Made by a program: the position numbers and the translations under genes. A stretch of DNA of 64,000 nucleotides from Dimorphilus gyrociliatus (lineage: Eukaryota > Animalia > Annelida), in the NCBI GenBank assembly GCA_904063045.1, contig CAJFCJ010000003.1, positions 1,488,001 to 1,552,000 on the forward strand, in the 5' to 3' direction. Positions 25,916 through 37,400 of this stretch are shown here, in pieces. The notes beneath the pieces were generated by a model. The model saw only the letters and a program-made list of their open reading frames with translations, made no database searches and was not told the DNA's origin. Every line of letters begins with the position of its first letter. The first letter of the stretch is position 1.

Positions 25916-27722
25916 TTATGCTCGAACCAATTTAGTGTTAGAGTGCCGCTCACAAAAAGGTTTATTGTTTTTCACGAAAAAAGCATTGTCGGCCAAATTC
26001 ACTTGGCAAACCTAAATGAAAAAAGTAATTATTTTAAAAAAAACCATTTTGTCAAAAAGTATCAAATTCCCTAAACTAACCGCGCAGTTAAAGCAATCAG
26101 AATGCCAATTTTGTCCCAAAGCTTCTATCCATCTGTCACCTGGATCGATAGTAAAGTCGCAACTGTAGCAGAGGGTTTGATGGTCTCTAGCCCAGCAAGC
26201 ACCGCAATAAACATCTTTATCCACAACATGAAACATCTTTGAGCCCAAAGGCTGTCTGCATTGTACGCAAAGAAAACAATGCGGATGAAAAGTATGCTGA
26301 AGAGCATGAACGCATTCTCCGACTATTGGACTGGAGCACTTTGCACATCTCGGAGCAAAATATTGCTCATAATCAGATATACAATAGATATTTCCCTCCT
26401 CCTCAACAAATCCTTCCTCCAAATTATTGCAGCATCCAGGACGAGAGCAAGAAAAATGCTGCTTGCAGAATTCCTTATTCATGGCCGCTATAAACGGGCC
26501 TCTAATCATTTGATGGCACGTGTTACATTGAGGAGCTCTTTGATTAGCACCAGCTGAATCTAAGAATCTTATGTCAGATTTCTTAACAACTTGAGGTTTA
26601 GCCTGTGGGTTACGGCGTTTAGGAGGCTCCCAGGAAGCCGCCGATTGTTGTGGAGAGCTATAGCTACTTGACTGGGGAGCCTGATAAGGAGTTGACTGTT
26701 GCTGAGGGGGATTATAAGGGGTAGCCGTTGCAGGTTTCTGCCATGACGGGGGAGCTTGATATTGCATTTGTTGTAATCCTGCTCCTGGAGTAGGTGGGTT
26801 GTAAGGGTAGGATACTGGTTGATGGCCAGCAGGTCGGTGGGGAGCGCTTACACTACCATATCCAGAATCTTGTCTACAAACGAAAATTTTGATTCTATCT
26901 CAATACTTCCATTTTACTTTATCGCAATAAAACTGGAAACTATTGCAGTAGTTCGAGTTCGCCGGTATGTAATATATATATATATTGTACATATTTACAC
27001 TCAAGTACTACTTTTTTTTTTTTTGACCGACCTCAACTCCGACTAGAAATAATTTAGTGTAAATAAAAAGCAAGCGCCACATAATATCAACCATTTTAGT
27101 TGTAGATATAGTTTTCTTAATCAATACTTTCATATAAAACCTAAAAATTTGTTTTACAACAATAAAAAATTATTTAGTTCGTTTTATATAACTTCAAGTA
27201 TTTCTACTTTGTTTATAGGACTAGTACAGCTTAAAAAACATACATAGTTCATAGGCCTACCTTTTTACTGTAATCTTTAGCGCGTTTCCAGCATCGATAA
27301 CTAGTTTTTGTCCGTCCTTGTGTAGCATATTTTCAACGGCAACATCTTGAATGGCTACAATTTCATCCCCGTTTCGGAGATCTCCTCGCTCTGCTAAACT
27401 TCCAGGATTAATCTATAATGCATAACATTTCTTGTACAAACTTTTTTAGAGGTTATAGGCCTTCTATCAAACTAAACATTCTACGTCGATTTGGAAAGGT
27501 TTTTAAAAGAATTTCTATATAACTAAAGCTCTTGATATTTTATGATGGGCAAATGTTAGGAGTGATCTAGATACTGTTTAAAGTGAATTGTTTTAGAAAG
27601 AAAAACTATACCTTTTGCACGACAAACGATGATGAAAAGTCTTTTCCACCATACATCCTAAATCCCCAAGGGGTACACGACTCTGATCTTGTCAAATGAA
27701 TTGTCACAAAGCTAGTCATCAT
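25916..27722 (-). CDS. PDZ-LIM protein of the Enigma/Zasp (PDLIM5/PDLIM7/LDB3) family: PDZ, P/Q/S/Y-rich linker, 3 LIM domains (4 exons)
   Basis: Exon 1 TPWGFRMYGGKDF; exon 2 INPGSLAERGDLRNGDEIVAI; LIM domains CNTCHQMIRGPF, CAKCSSPIVGECVHAL, CYSCDFTIDPGDRWIEALGQNWHSDCFNCA|VCQVNL...FCERH. Confidence 0.88.
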
Positions 27723-28116
27723 ATAATTTTACGGAGCTAAACTATTCCAAGGAGTAGAAAATCTGTAGCATCTATCAAAACCGAGCTGTAATACAGTCTG
27801 CAACGCGCCTTTTGAGGAGGCTACGGCCTCATTTTCTCTCAATACCGCCACCTGTCGAAATATACGAGTTAAAGCCTGTTGTAGGTGTTTGATCAATGAC
27901 AAAATAAAAAAACAAGTTGTGTCTCAGTAAATTAAAAAGGACGACGTGGCTATATGTTTTTATTTGTTTTAGTCTCAAGATATTCTAAAAGCATTGCTAG
28001 AGGAGGAATATTCTTTCAATTATATTTACACAGGTTTTAAATGTCAAATTTTGTATCAATTTATCATTGTAAATAATGTTCGATAGCAATATGTAATAAA
28101 AAAGTATGTTTAAATT

Positions 28117-28128
28117 TTTGGCGCGAAA
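28117..28128. promoter_or_regulatory. E2F consensus site TTTGGCGCGAAA in the PDZ-LIM/RPL35A divergent region
   Basis: Exact match to the classical TTTSGCGC(GAAA) E2F element. Confidence 0.35.
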
Positions 28129-28167
28129 GTATCATTAAAAAATACGAAAATGCGAATTCGACACCGG

Positions 28168-28184
28168 CTTCCGGTCTCTTTTTC
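28168..28184 (+). promoter_or_regulatory. TCT/5'-TOP pyrimidine initiator of RPL35A, preceded by an ETS-like CTTCCGG; non-coding first exon ending near 28204
   Basis: cttccgg-tctctttttc, then a donor (aag|gtttc) and an intron ending at gcag|ATG (28393/28394). Confidence 0.65.
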
Positions 28185-28393
28185 ACGCCATTTCGGATAA
28201 CAAGGTTTCATTTTTATATTTTTCATTTTTTTCCTTAAATTTAATCGTTTTTGAAGTGAATTTTGTCAAGATGTGTAATTGAAATAATCATCTAGCGACA
28301 TACATGTTTTTGTATAATATAAACTTACTGATTCTTAAGATATTGAAGGATTTTAAGTTGGTGAGCGATAATAACTAAAAGTAACGCTTGCAG

Positions 28394-28836
28394 ATGACCG
28401 AAGAAACACCGGCAACAGAAATCTCGGTTTTCCGATCAACCAGAAAGGCTGGCAGACTATACAGTAAAGCTGTCTTTACTGGATACAAACGTGGTCTACG
28501 TAACCAACATGAAAGCACGGCTCTCTTGCGTATCGACGGCGTCAACACACGCAGAGAAACTGAATTCTATTTGGGCAAAAGATGCTGCTATGTCTACAAG
28601 GCAAGAAACAAGACTGCCTGCCCAGGCCACTCTGAAGCGTCGAGAATCCGTGTTATTTGGGGAAAGGTGACCAGACCACATGGAAACAGCGGCGGTGTTC
28701 GTGCTAAGTTCAGGAGGAACTTGCCGCCAAGGGCGATGGGTAAAAGAATCAGAATCGTAAGTTTCACTCTAGAAATGTAAGTCAATAAATTTATTGAAAT
28801 ATTTTTCTTCAGATGCTCTACCCATCTAGAATTTAA
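28394..28836 (+). CDS. RPL35A: 60S ribosomal protein L35a (eL33) with an N-terminal extension of about 19 aa (exons 28394-28757, 28813-28836)
   Basis: [21 protein letters not shown]...[13 protein letters not shown]...[21 protein letters not shown]...IRI|MLYPSRI*. Confidence 0.97.
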
Positions 28837-29601
28837 TAGTTGTGTTTTGGTCAAACGAATACATTTCTAAATGATCAGGAATATATTTGTTGTAAATAAG
28901 AACATAACATGATTTAACCGTATGCAGATTACTTTTGAAATAAATAAGAATAAATAGCAATCTGCATGCGATTATTTCTATTACGGTTTGCATGCATAAC
29001 GAACGGTCAGGCGCAATGAAAACGAATAAGATAAAAAAACAAATGAGGAATAAGTACTCAGCTTTTCTTAATAAGTCGTCACGTCACGTCAAATTGTCGT
29101 AATTACCTAAAGCGCAGTCAGGGGAAATAAAAGTAGGCACCATTTCGAAAGAGATTGGCGAAAATGGTCGAATGATCATTTTCAAGTCGTTGTCAAGCTT
29201 CCACTTGTTTTATTTTGCATTAGGTTATATTGTGGAAACAAGACGGTTTTTGTGCATAACGTTACGTTACATCACAATAGTTTTTCGTTATAATCTGTCG
29301 TCGTTTGTACTGAGCACACTCTTTGTCTGCTAAGAGAGGCTCCGTTACGTTACGTTAATATTCGACTGCAAAAAAATCCATTTTAGGGGAATAAAAAATA
29401 TCTTGCAGTTGATCGCGTCTTTAAAATGAAAGAAAAAAAGAAACAAGCGGTTTTAATAACGTTCAATATTTTTTCTGACGATTTACAACAAACAATCAAT
29501 AGCCGGTAAAAATTATTTAATGATAACAGGAGTTTGCGACGTTATTAAAGCCTAGGATGAAATCCGTGCTAGGACGGTTTATGACAACCCAAAAAATAAC
29601 A

Positions 29602-32232
29602 TTAGAATCTGAAACCTTCCGAAGGTATTCTAGCTTCTGGATCAAATTGAAAACCTTGCTGATTTTCATCCTGTCCTAACGCTATGTCTTCAGTGTCCTG
29701 TAATAACATTTTAATTGCAATATTTGACATGATACTTGTTATAAATACTTACATCACCGAAGTAATTATCAATAATTTCATAAGCCAACTTATAAATATC
29801 TTCGTTTTCGTGGTTCTGCAAAATCTCAATGCTATCAAGACCGCCGCATTCTTCTATCTGCTCACACAAATGCTCCAATCCTCCCTGGCTCTGAGCCATT
29901 TTCAAAATGTTATTAATTCCGTCCAAAACCACTTGAATAACTTGAGGATCTTTAACAGTAAGCAACTTGCAGAATGGTGGTAAAACACCAGCTTCAACCA
30001 CTACACCCACTTGCTCTGGTCTACCAGAGATAGTTAAATTAGATATTGCCCATGCAGCTTCCTTTTGAGTTTGATACTCTCCCTTGTTCAAATGATGGAC
30101 AATAAGACTGATTAATTTAGCGTCGATTACGGCTTGTACTTGCTGCTGATTTCCGGCTGTTATATTGGACAAAAACCATACGGCTTCCTAAAATGAGAAG
30201 TTGTTAAATTTACTTCAATCGTCAAGAAAAGAACTTTCCACAAAATTTTAATTGTTACATTGCTTAATTCAGTTTTATCTCTGAACTATACTTGCCTTAT
30301 TAATTTTCTCTTTGCTATGAGATAATAAAGAAGGGAAATGTTCCAAAGCTTTACAGTTGAGTACAACTTGGGTTTGTTCGTCAGTTCCAGTTACAATATT
30401 TCCTACTGCTCTCAAAGCAGCCGTCTGTATGAGAAAGAGTATTTATTGTGAAAGATTTTCAGTTATTTGAAATTATTCTCTGCCATTAGTTACATTTATA
30501 GGATCCTATTAATTGTAACACAGCTGAAGTATCAGGTATAATTTTCCTATAAAAAGTATCAGACTAAAATATCAGTCCAAAATCAAGAACTACTTTAGGG
30601 CAGCTCATAACTTTTTGATTTTAGAAACAGGTGGTTTACAGAATTTCTATTCTAATTAAGCCTAGTAATTAAAAAATAAAAACTCCTACAAGAAATATAA
30701 TTCAAATTAACTGACCTGCACACGAACTTCGATGTGCGATAACAGGGGAACCAAATAAGGAACTACGCCTGAATCAATTACCATCTGGATCTGATCATTA
30801 CCTCCATCGGTCAAGTAAGATAATGCCCATACTGTATCGACCAGTATATTGGTATCAGAATGGTGAATAAGTAAGCAAAGAGCTGGAAGAATTTCTTGTA
30901 TTGTATCTATAGGAGGTGGCGGATCCTTATTACGACACAAATTAACCATGACCCATGTAACATTTCGAAGAAAAGTAATGTGAATATTTGGATCAATTAG
31001 AGCTAAAAGTGGTTTGACAACGCCCAGACGAATTGCGAAATCTCGACATTGAGGTCCGTCCCCTATTAAAAAGTCATGGTTTAGCTAAAGATAATCATAA
31101 ATAACAAGGGAATAGAAACCAATTATATTTCCGAGAGCCCAAACTGCTTGTTCGCAAACGTTTTCATGTTTCGACTGTAAAAGGTTCAGAAAATGAGGTA
31201 CAGCTCCTGAATTTGAACAAAAAATATTTTATAAATTACACTTGTTAAGAGAAATATTCACATGTAAATGTACATAGATAGACAAAGGCAATTAGTGATG
31301 ATTCATAAACAGTTTTTAGGTGTATATCTAGGATAAAAAATGTTTAATATATTGTTTACCTGCTTCTACAACCGCTTGAGTTTGTTTTGAGGTTCCAGAA
31401 GCAATATTTGTCAGAGCCCAAGCTGCCTCAAATTGAATAGACGAACTGAAATATTAATAAATATATTATTAATCATATAAATGAGCATTAATTTCTTACT
31501 TTTGGATTTCCAAGCATGAGACGAGTACTGGTAGGATTCCAGATCGAATCAGATCATCTATTGGAGGATTTCTGTCGCTTGACAACAATTTTCTTGCTGC
31601 TTGAACAGCTTGCAATTTAGTTTCGACGTTTGTTGATTTAGCGTTTTCGACAATTTGTTCCAAACTTTGATGAACACCTCTTTCTGAATCTTCTGAATCG
31701 GTACTTTCTTTTTCATTAATCGGAACGTTTCGTTTTTTAAGGATGTGCTCATCTCTTTTAGACTATAAAATGGTTATTGCGTGTTATTTTTTTTTATGAA
31801 TTTTTTTATAGATAGACTTGTATAAGTCGTTATATAAACAAGTTTTTGATATTTTAGTGGGAAAAAGTGGCAAAGCACATCCTCCAACATATTACTGTTA
31901 GTAAAAAACGTTAACTTTGCCAACAAATAAGACTAGTTCAGAGGGCGCTTCTGATGTAGAAATATCTTGTGCACGTGATCTATGACTTTTTCCTATTTTT
32001 TAAACTCTAGCTTTTACCAACCTTTCTCAATTCTACCGTTACTTCGGTTCGCCGCCTCCTCATCTCCTGTAATAATAACAATAATCAATTAAGAAGAGAA
32101 CAATAACCGGCTTAGGCAAGTCATGACTGAAGCCAGTCGTGAGTCGTGGAATGTAAAATTTCCTTAAATCTAACTTACATCTGGGTCTTTTCCTTGATTT
32201 TTGAACATACGTGATCTGCTCATTTCCGACAT
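29602..32232 (-). CDS. KPNA3: Importin subunit alpha, alpha3 clade (KPNA3/KPNA4-like), about 10 exons
   Basis: IBB domain [10 protein letters not shown]|[15 protein letters not shown]|[17 protein letters not shown] repeats [79 protein letters not shown]-terminus SEGFRF*. Confidence 0.93.
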
Positions 32233-32976
32233 GTTGGAGTCTATTAATTAAATCAGTAATTAACGTAACTATAAACAAAAAACCAAAATCTATAAGAGCT
32301 TCCAAGACCTTACATGGGAGGATGTCAATTGTTCGCTGATTGGTTCTTTAACACAGCATTATTTTCGTAAAAGGAAATTAAAGTTTTCACCTGAAAATTT
32401 TTTAGGTTATTTAATAGGCTCGAAATAATTATTCAACTAATAATTTATTAAATAATACGAAAATATTGACCAAATTTCCCGATAATGGAAACTCCCGCCA
32501 TCAAAATTAAATATTCGGCCAATACAATTTTTATTAGTTTTATAGCTAAATTTCCTAATTGTCTGTACTCAATTAGTAAATGACCCGTTTTAAAATATTT
32601 CACTTCAAAAGTCCTTGTTTTAGAAATTGCGAAGATTTTCTATAATCAATAATCATTTATTTACTAAATAAGTGTAAAATAATTGCCATTTAAAAATTTA
32701 AAAATATTGAATAATAAACAAATTATTTGTGTATGATGTATAAATAGATATAGAGAATTTCTTTTTAATCTTATATTAATTAGACAATCAGTTCATAATT
32801 AGATAAAAATCATTTATTATTTAAATAGAAAAATCTCGCTAATTTCCCGAAAATATATAATTTGTTCAAAAAAAAAAACAAATTTATTTTTAACCAAATA
32901 ACTTATAAAACAAAGGACGTTTAGGAAGTTTTTTGTAACTAATAAAACAGAAATGTCAATAGGCATTATTCTGTTT

Positions 32977-33555
32977 TTACATAATACAACATGACCCTGA
33001 CTCTGATGTTTTGCCAGATTCTTCTTCATTAACTTTCTTTGGTATCTGATTCTTTTCTGGCGGACATTCTGTTGCTTTCTTTGGTTCATTTTGCTCTTCT
33101 TTATTTCCATCTGTATTATCTTCTTGCTTCTTTAATTGATCGGATTTGTTTACTTTATTAGTTTGAACTCTACTAGGTGTCGGTATCCTAGAAACTTTTG
33201 ATGCTGATTTCTTATCAGAAAGAGTAAACGTGATGGGTTTTGAATTGTTAGGTGTAATATGTTTATCACGCGGTGTGGTATTAGGAGTGAAGAACTCATC
33301 AGAATCTTCAATTTTTGGTTTTTTTGCTTTCCCAGTAGACATACCCTTACGTCGCTTCATAGAAGTTACTGGGGTCTTAAAGATTTCATCGGGAGTACCC
33401 ATAGTTTTGACACAATCTTCTACCATCACCTTACATGGTGTAATCTTAATGTCACTATTTTTTTCTTTTCTTGGTATTTTCGATCGAGGACGTTTTTTCC
33501 GCTTGGGATAGTTTTTTGGGTCCACAGAGCTCTCCTCTGTTTGCGGATGAAACAT
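32977..33555 (-). CDS. Orphan ~192-aa basic, disordered protein ending in the CaaX motif CCIM
   Basis: Single long open exon with AAAATG at 33555. Basic clusters PKRKKRPR and KRRK; many TP sites; C-terminus GSCCIM*. The upstream splice-site-like sequences I tried did not give an open coding extension, so the start is uncertain. Confidence 0.6.
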   Translation of the reverse strand: MFHPQTEESSVDPKNYPKRKKRPRSKIPRKEKNSDIKITPCKVMVEDCVKTMGTPDEIFKTPVTSMKRRKGMSTGKAKKPKIEDSDEFFTPNTTPRDKHITPNNSKPITFTLSDKKSASKVSRIPTPSRVQTNKVNKSDQLKKQEDNTDGNKEEQNEPKKATECPPEKNQIPKKVNEEESGKTSESGSCCIM

Positions 33556-34185
33556 TTTTGGTTGAGCAATATAAATACTACGTCTAGTCCGTCGCAATTC
33601 AATTCCTTCCGCTAAATTGTTGCTTGGAACAAAGATTGACTTTTGTCTACGAGAAAAAAAACAATTTAAACTTATTTTCTGTGAGATCTCACAAACTCCG
33701 GATCACCTTTGCTTTAATTTATTTCCTTCAGGCATGTAAATAAAAAAATATCCAGTATTTAAGTAATAGTAAAAGCTGCAATTTGCGGTTAAAGTGTTTC
33801 TTTTAAAAATGGCATTATACCTATTCATGAATATAATGATATTTTCGATATAAGATCGCTGATTTATGTTATAAATTTACATAGATCGATTTAAAACGAT
33901 ATATATCGATATGGAAATTTATTCATTAACATTCAAATCTGAATGATGATTTGTCAACTTGAAATTGCTCGACCAATAGCCTTCCTAAGTGAACGTTATA
34001 CGACTCTATACACAACGGACTACTTTTTGTATGGCAGTTTCCATAAAATAAGGGGTTGGAGTGTGATCGAGTATTGGGGACAGATGAATAATTTCCAGGT
34101 AATTAATGACACTATTGTTTTGAAAGAACTTTTTTGAAATCAATTTTTTTCAATTTATATGACGAACTATTTACAGCAGCGTATT

Positions 34186-34219
34186 TTCAAATTTGAAAGT
34201 AAAGGACTAGCGCGGCAAA
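34186..34219. promoter_or_regulatory. Candidate cell-cycle promoter module: back-to-back CHR elements (TTCAAA/TTTGAA) and an E2F site (reverse complement TTTGCCGCGC)
   Basis: ttcaaa-tttgaa at 34186-34197 and gcgcggcaaa at 34210-34219, about 200 bp upstream of the Ki-67-like ATG. CHR hexamers are common in AT-rich DNA. Confidence 0.4.
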
Positions 34220-34416
34220 GAAAAATAGCGGCAATATTTTTTGAGCGCTTTTTAATGATAAGAACCTTCTTTTTAGGTTTAAAGCTCCTTAAATTTTTTA
34301 ACTACCTTGGAAGATTCTCCAGGATAAACCTAATTGTCATTGAAGAATATTCAATCAAGTAGCAGCAGTTGATCAGATTTATTACTCCTCGTTTCGTGTG
34401 ATTCCGATTTGTCGTG

Positions 34417-37400
34417 ATGGCTAGCACTGCTCGTTGTATAGGTAAAGTAGCCGTACTAAACAGTAAAGGGGTTAGAAGAAATAGCTTTGCCACATCGGCC
34501 TCTATAATGACGTTTGGCAGGTATTGCTGATTTTGAAACCAAAGATGTTATTGCAGACTCATAATTTCCTGTTTTAGTAATGAATCGTGTGATGTACGCT
34601 TGCTAAAACCGCACATACCAGACTTGTTTTTCTCATTGATAATTAACTACAATAACAAAACGGTGAGTTCCTTTGAATTTCTGGACTAGAAGTCTCGGAT
34701 AACATTTGTAGATAGTGCTCAAACTCAATTTGAGGTGTTTACTAAACATGTCTATTTTTTATAATTAGGCCTATATCAGAAAGGAAGCCGAATCCGAAAA
34801 AAGAAATCTTTTGGTCAATGACAAACCAATAAGGGAAGAAACGGAATACTATATTAAATCGGGGGATAAATTTGGGGTGGACGGCGGCTTTTTCATTTTC
34901 GACTTTGATAATAAACAGCGAAGATCGTCTTGTTGCGTTACGCCACTAGAGGTAGTTTTTTTCAATATTGCAAACTAAGATTAATACTAATTTAAGTCAT
35001 TTAATTGGAATTTTTATAGGAGGATATGGCACAATTCAGAGATGATATTAAAGATACTCCAAAAGGTAAAAAAGCTGATCAAGTTGTAACCAAGCTATCG
35101 AAAAATCGAGCAATGATAGAGAGTAATCAAATTGAAAGGGTTGATGATAACTTCGATGCAAAAACACCTGGCTTTAAATCTGTTTCATTTGCTCCAGAAG
35201 TCTCACCTGAGGTTTTTATAGTTTCTATTGATTTTTACTTTCTAATTTTTTCAAAAATTCAATAGATATTTGATAAACGACTTCCTCCCAATACTCCTAT
35301 TAGGAGAGGATCGGCACCTCCTCAAATTGTAGGGAGTGCATCAAAGAGATCGTCACTTAAAGCGCCAGTTGCCACGAGTTCGATTAATGATTCTGAGAAT
35401 GCTGTCCCTCTCCATGCGATAGAAACAAAGCGTCGCTCGGAAAGATTTTCCAAGTCAAACACGTCGCTGATAAACCCATCATTAGGTTCCATTATGGAAT
35501 CACCTGTTTCTGATGATGGGAACAATGATGTAGCTATAACAGAGAGCGAATTAGATAATCCACAAGAGAATGACAGCAAGCAAGCAGTTGAGAGGGAAGG
35601 AAAAGACGAAGTTGACGATCTACAACTAGAAATGACACCAAAAAAGCTAAAAAGTGGACCAACAACACCAAGTAAAAAGTGCCCAATACCTTTAAGAGAT
35701 TTTACAGAAACATTACAAGAGAAGAGCGAAGGCAAGGTCTCGCCTGAGATAACCGCAACTAAACCCGAACCCCGAAAAACCCCAGAAAAGCGAAGATCAC
35801 TTAGAGTAACAGAGAAGAAACTAAATGAAGAAAAAGAACTGAAAAATGAAGAGAAGGAAGTGAAGAATGAAGAAAAGGAACTGAAAAATGAAGAGAGGAA
35901 AGTAAAGAATAAAGAAATAGAACTGATGACTGAGGGAAAGAAATTAAATGATAAAGAGAAGGAAGAGTCTGAGAGTATCAATGTGGAAGAAAAATCAGAT
36001 GATCACATTGAAGCATCGTCAGAAATAAAGCACAAAAGTGTAAAGTTGGTAGTTCCAAGTCCCGAGAGAAAACAGATGACTCCTGACGTAAATGTTACAC
36101 CGAAAGCATCCACAGCAGATGATGAAACTATGTCAAAACGGAGAAGTTCCTCTCGTAGGAAAAAAAGCCTTCCAAGAACTCCAACGCCTGCAGTTCGAAG
36201 AACAAGATCTACCCTTTCCGAGACGTATGGATCGGATATGGATAAAATTGAGGAATCAATAGAAGAAGAAGCTGAGAGTGAATCTAATCAAATTTTAAAT
36301 CCAGAAGAGGAAGGAACACCAAAGAAAAAAGGTTCTCTGAATGAAGAGCCTTTAAGCCCTTCAAGTTTGCCATGTAAGTTAGACTTATCTGATTCACAAG
36401 ATGAAGATGAGAAAGACGAAAACAATGCGAAGCCTGATTATGATAAAATTGAAATCGAAGTAATGGATACTGAAACAGCCGAGGAAAAAGAGGATAGTGA
36501 CAAGGAATCGTTAGAACCTTCCTATGATAATGAAGTGTACGAAGAAAAATCAGAGGACACTATGGAAACTGGAACTTCCAATAGTGAAGAAAATGGGAAA
36601 GAATCAGAATCGGAGGTAATTGATACTAACAAATTAACAAAGAAGGAAAGAGATGAGGTCAGAGCAAGACGTCGATCAAGCTTTAGTGTTCGAGAGGAGA
36701 CTACTAAAACTCCAAATGCTTCTCGCATGGTTGCAATGAGAGCCATTAAAGGAGTAAATATACACAAACCAAAAGCGCCAAAAACGGATAAAAGACAGTC
36801 TAAAACACCTAAAACACTATGGTCACACGTAATTACTAAAGGATTGGATGAAGCGGCTTTCAAAACAGAAGAATTAAATAAAACAGAAAAATTAACATCG
36901 AAAGTAAAATCTAAGAAAAGTCGAATGGAGAAAGAAATATCTGTAAGATTTCATTCCAATACTGAACTATATTTAATACTTGATTTTCCACATAGAAAAC
37001 CCCCGCTAATATTCGTATGAAATTGGGTGCAGCTGCTTCTACTGGTCATGCGGAATCACCATCAACTATTTACATTAATAAGAAAATTTCAAGCCATATA
37101 AAGTTAAATGATACTGATAGTAACACTAGTAGTAGTGAGGTAAAATATCACTTGTTCAATTTTATATTGTGTTATATTTCTTATATTGATTTATTCAGAT
37201 TTCCTACTCTGACCTACCACCAACCCCAGATCCTCCAAGTAGTCCGAATGTATCACCGCTGTCTGTATGTAGAAAAAGTACATCTCCTTCTACTTCAGCG
37301 ATGCTAAGAACTGTAGAGGAAGGAACTGTTACAATTTCGGCATCTCCAAAATTAATTTCTCAAAAGAATGAAGAAGAAACTAAAACAGAAGATGTTTACT

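Noticed and set aside
33942-34137. Plus-strand ORF 33943-34137 with a box C-like ATGATGA and a donor at 34099
   Set aside because: No box D (CTGA) at snoRNA distance and no recognisable protein. At most a non-coding leader between the two divergent genes.
34712-34734. Possible 23-nt micro-exon inside Ki-67-like intron 2
   Set aside because: It would shift the frame and leave a 34-nt intron; direct splicing from 34662 to 34769 preserves the FHA pattern.
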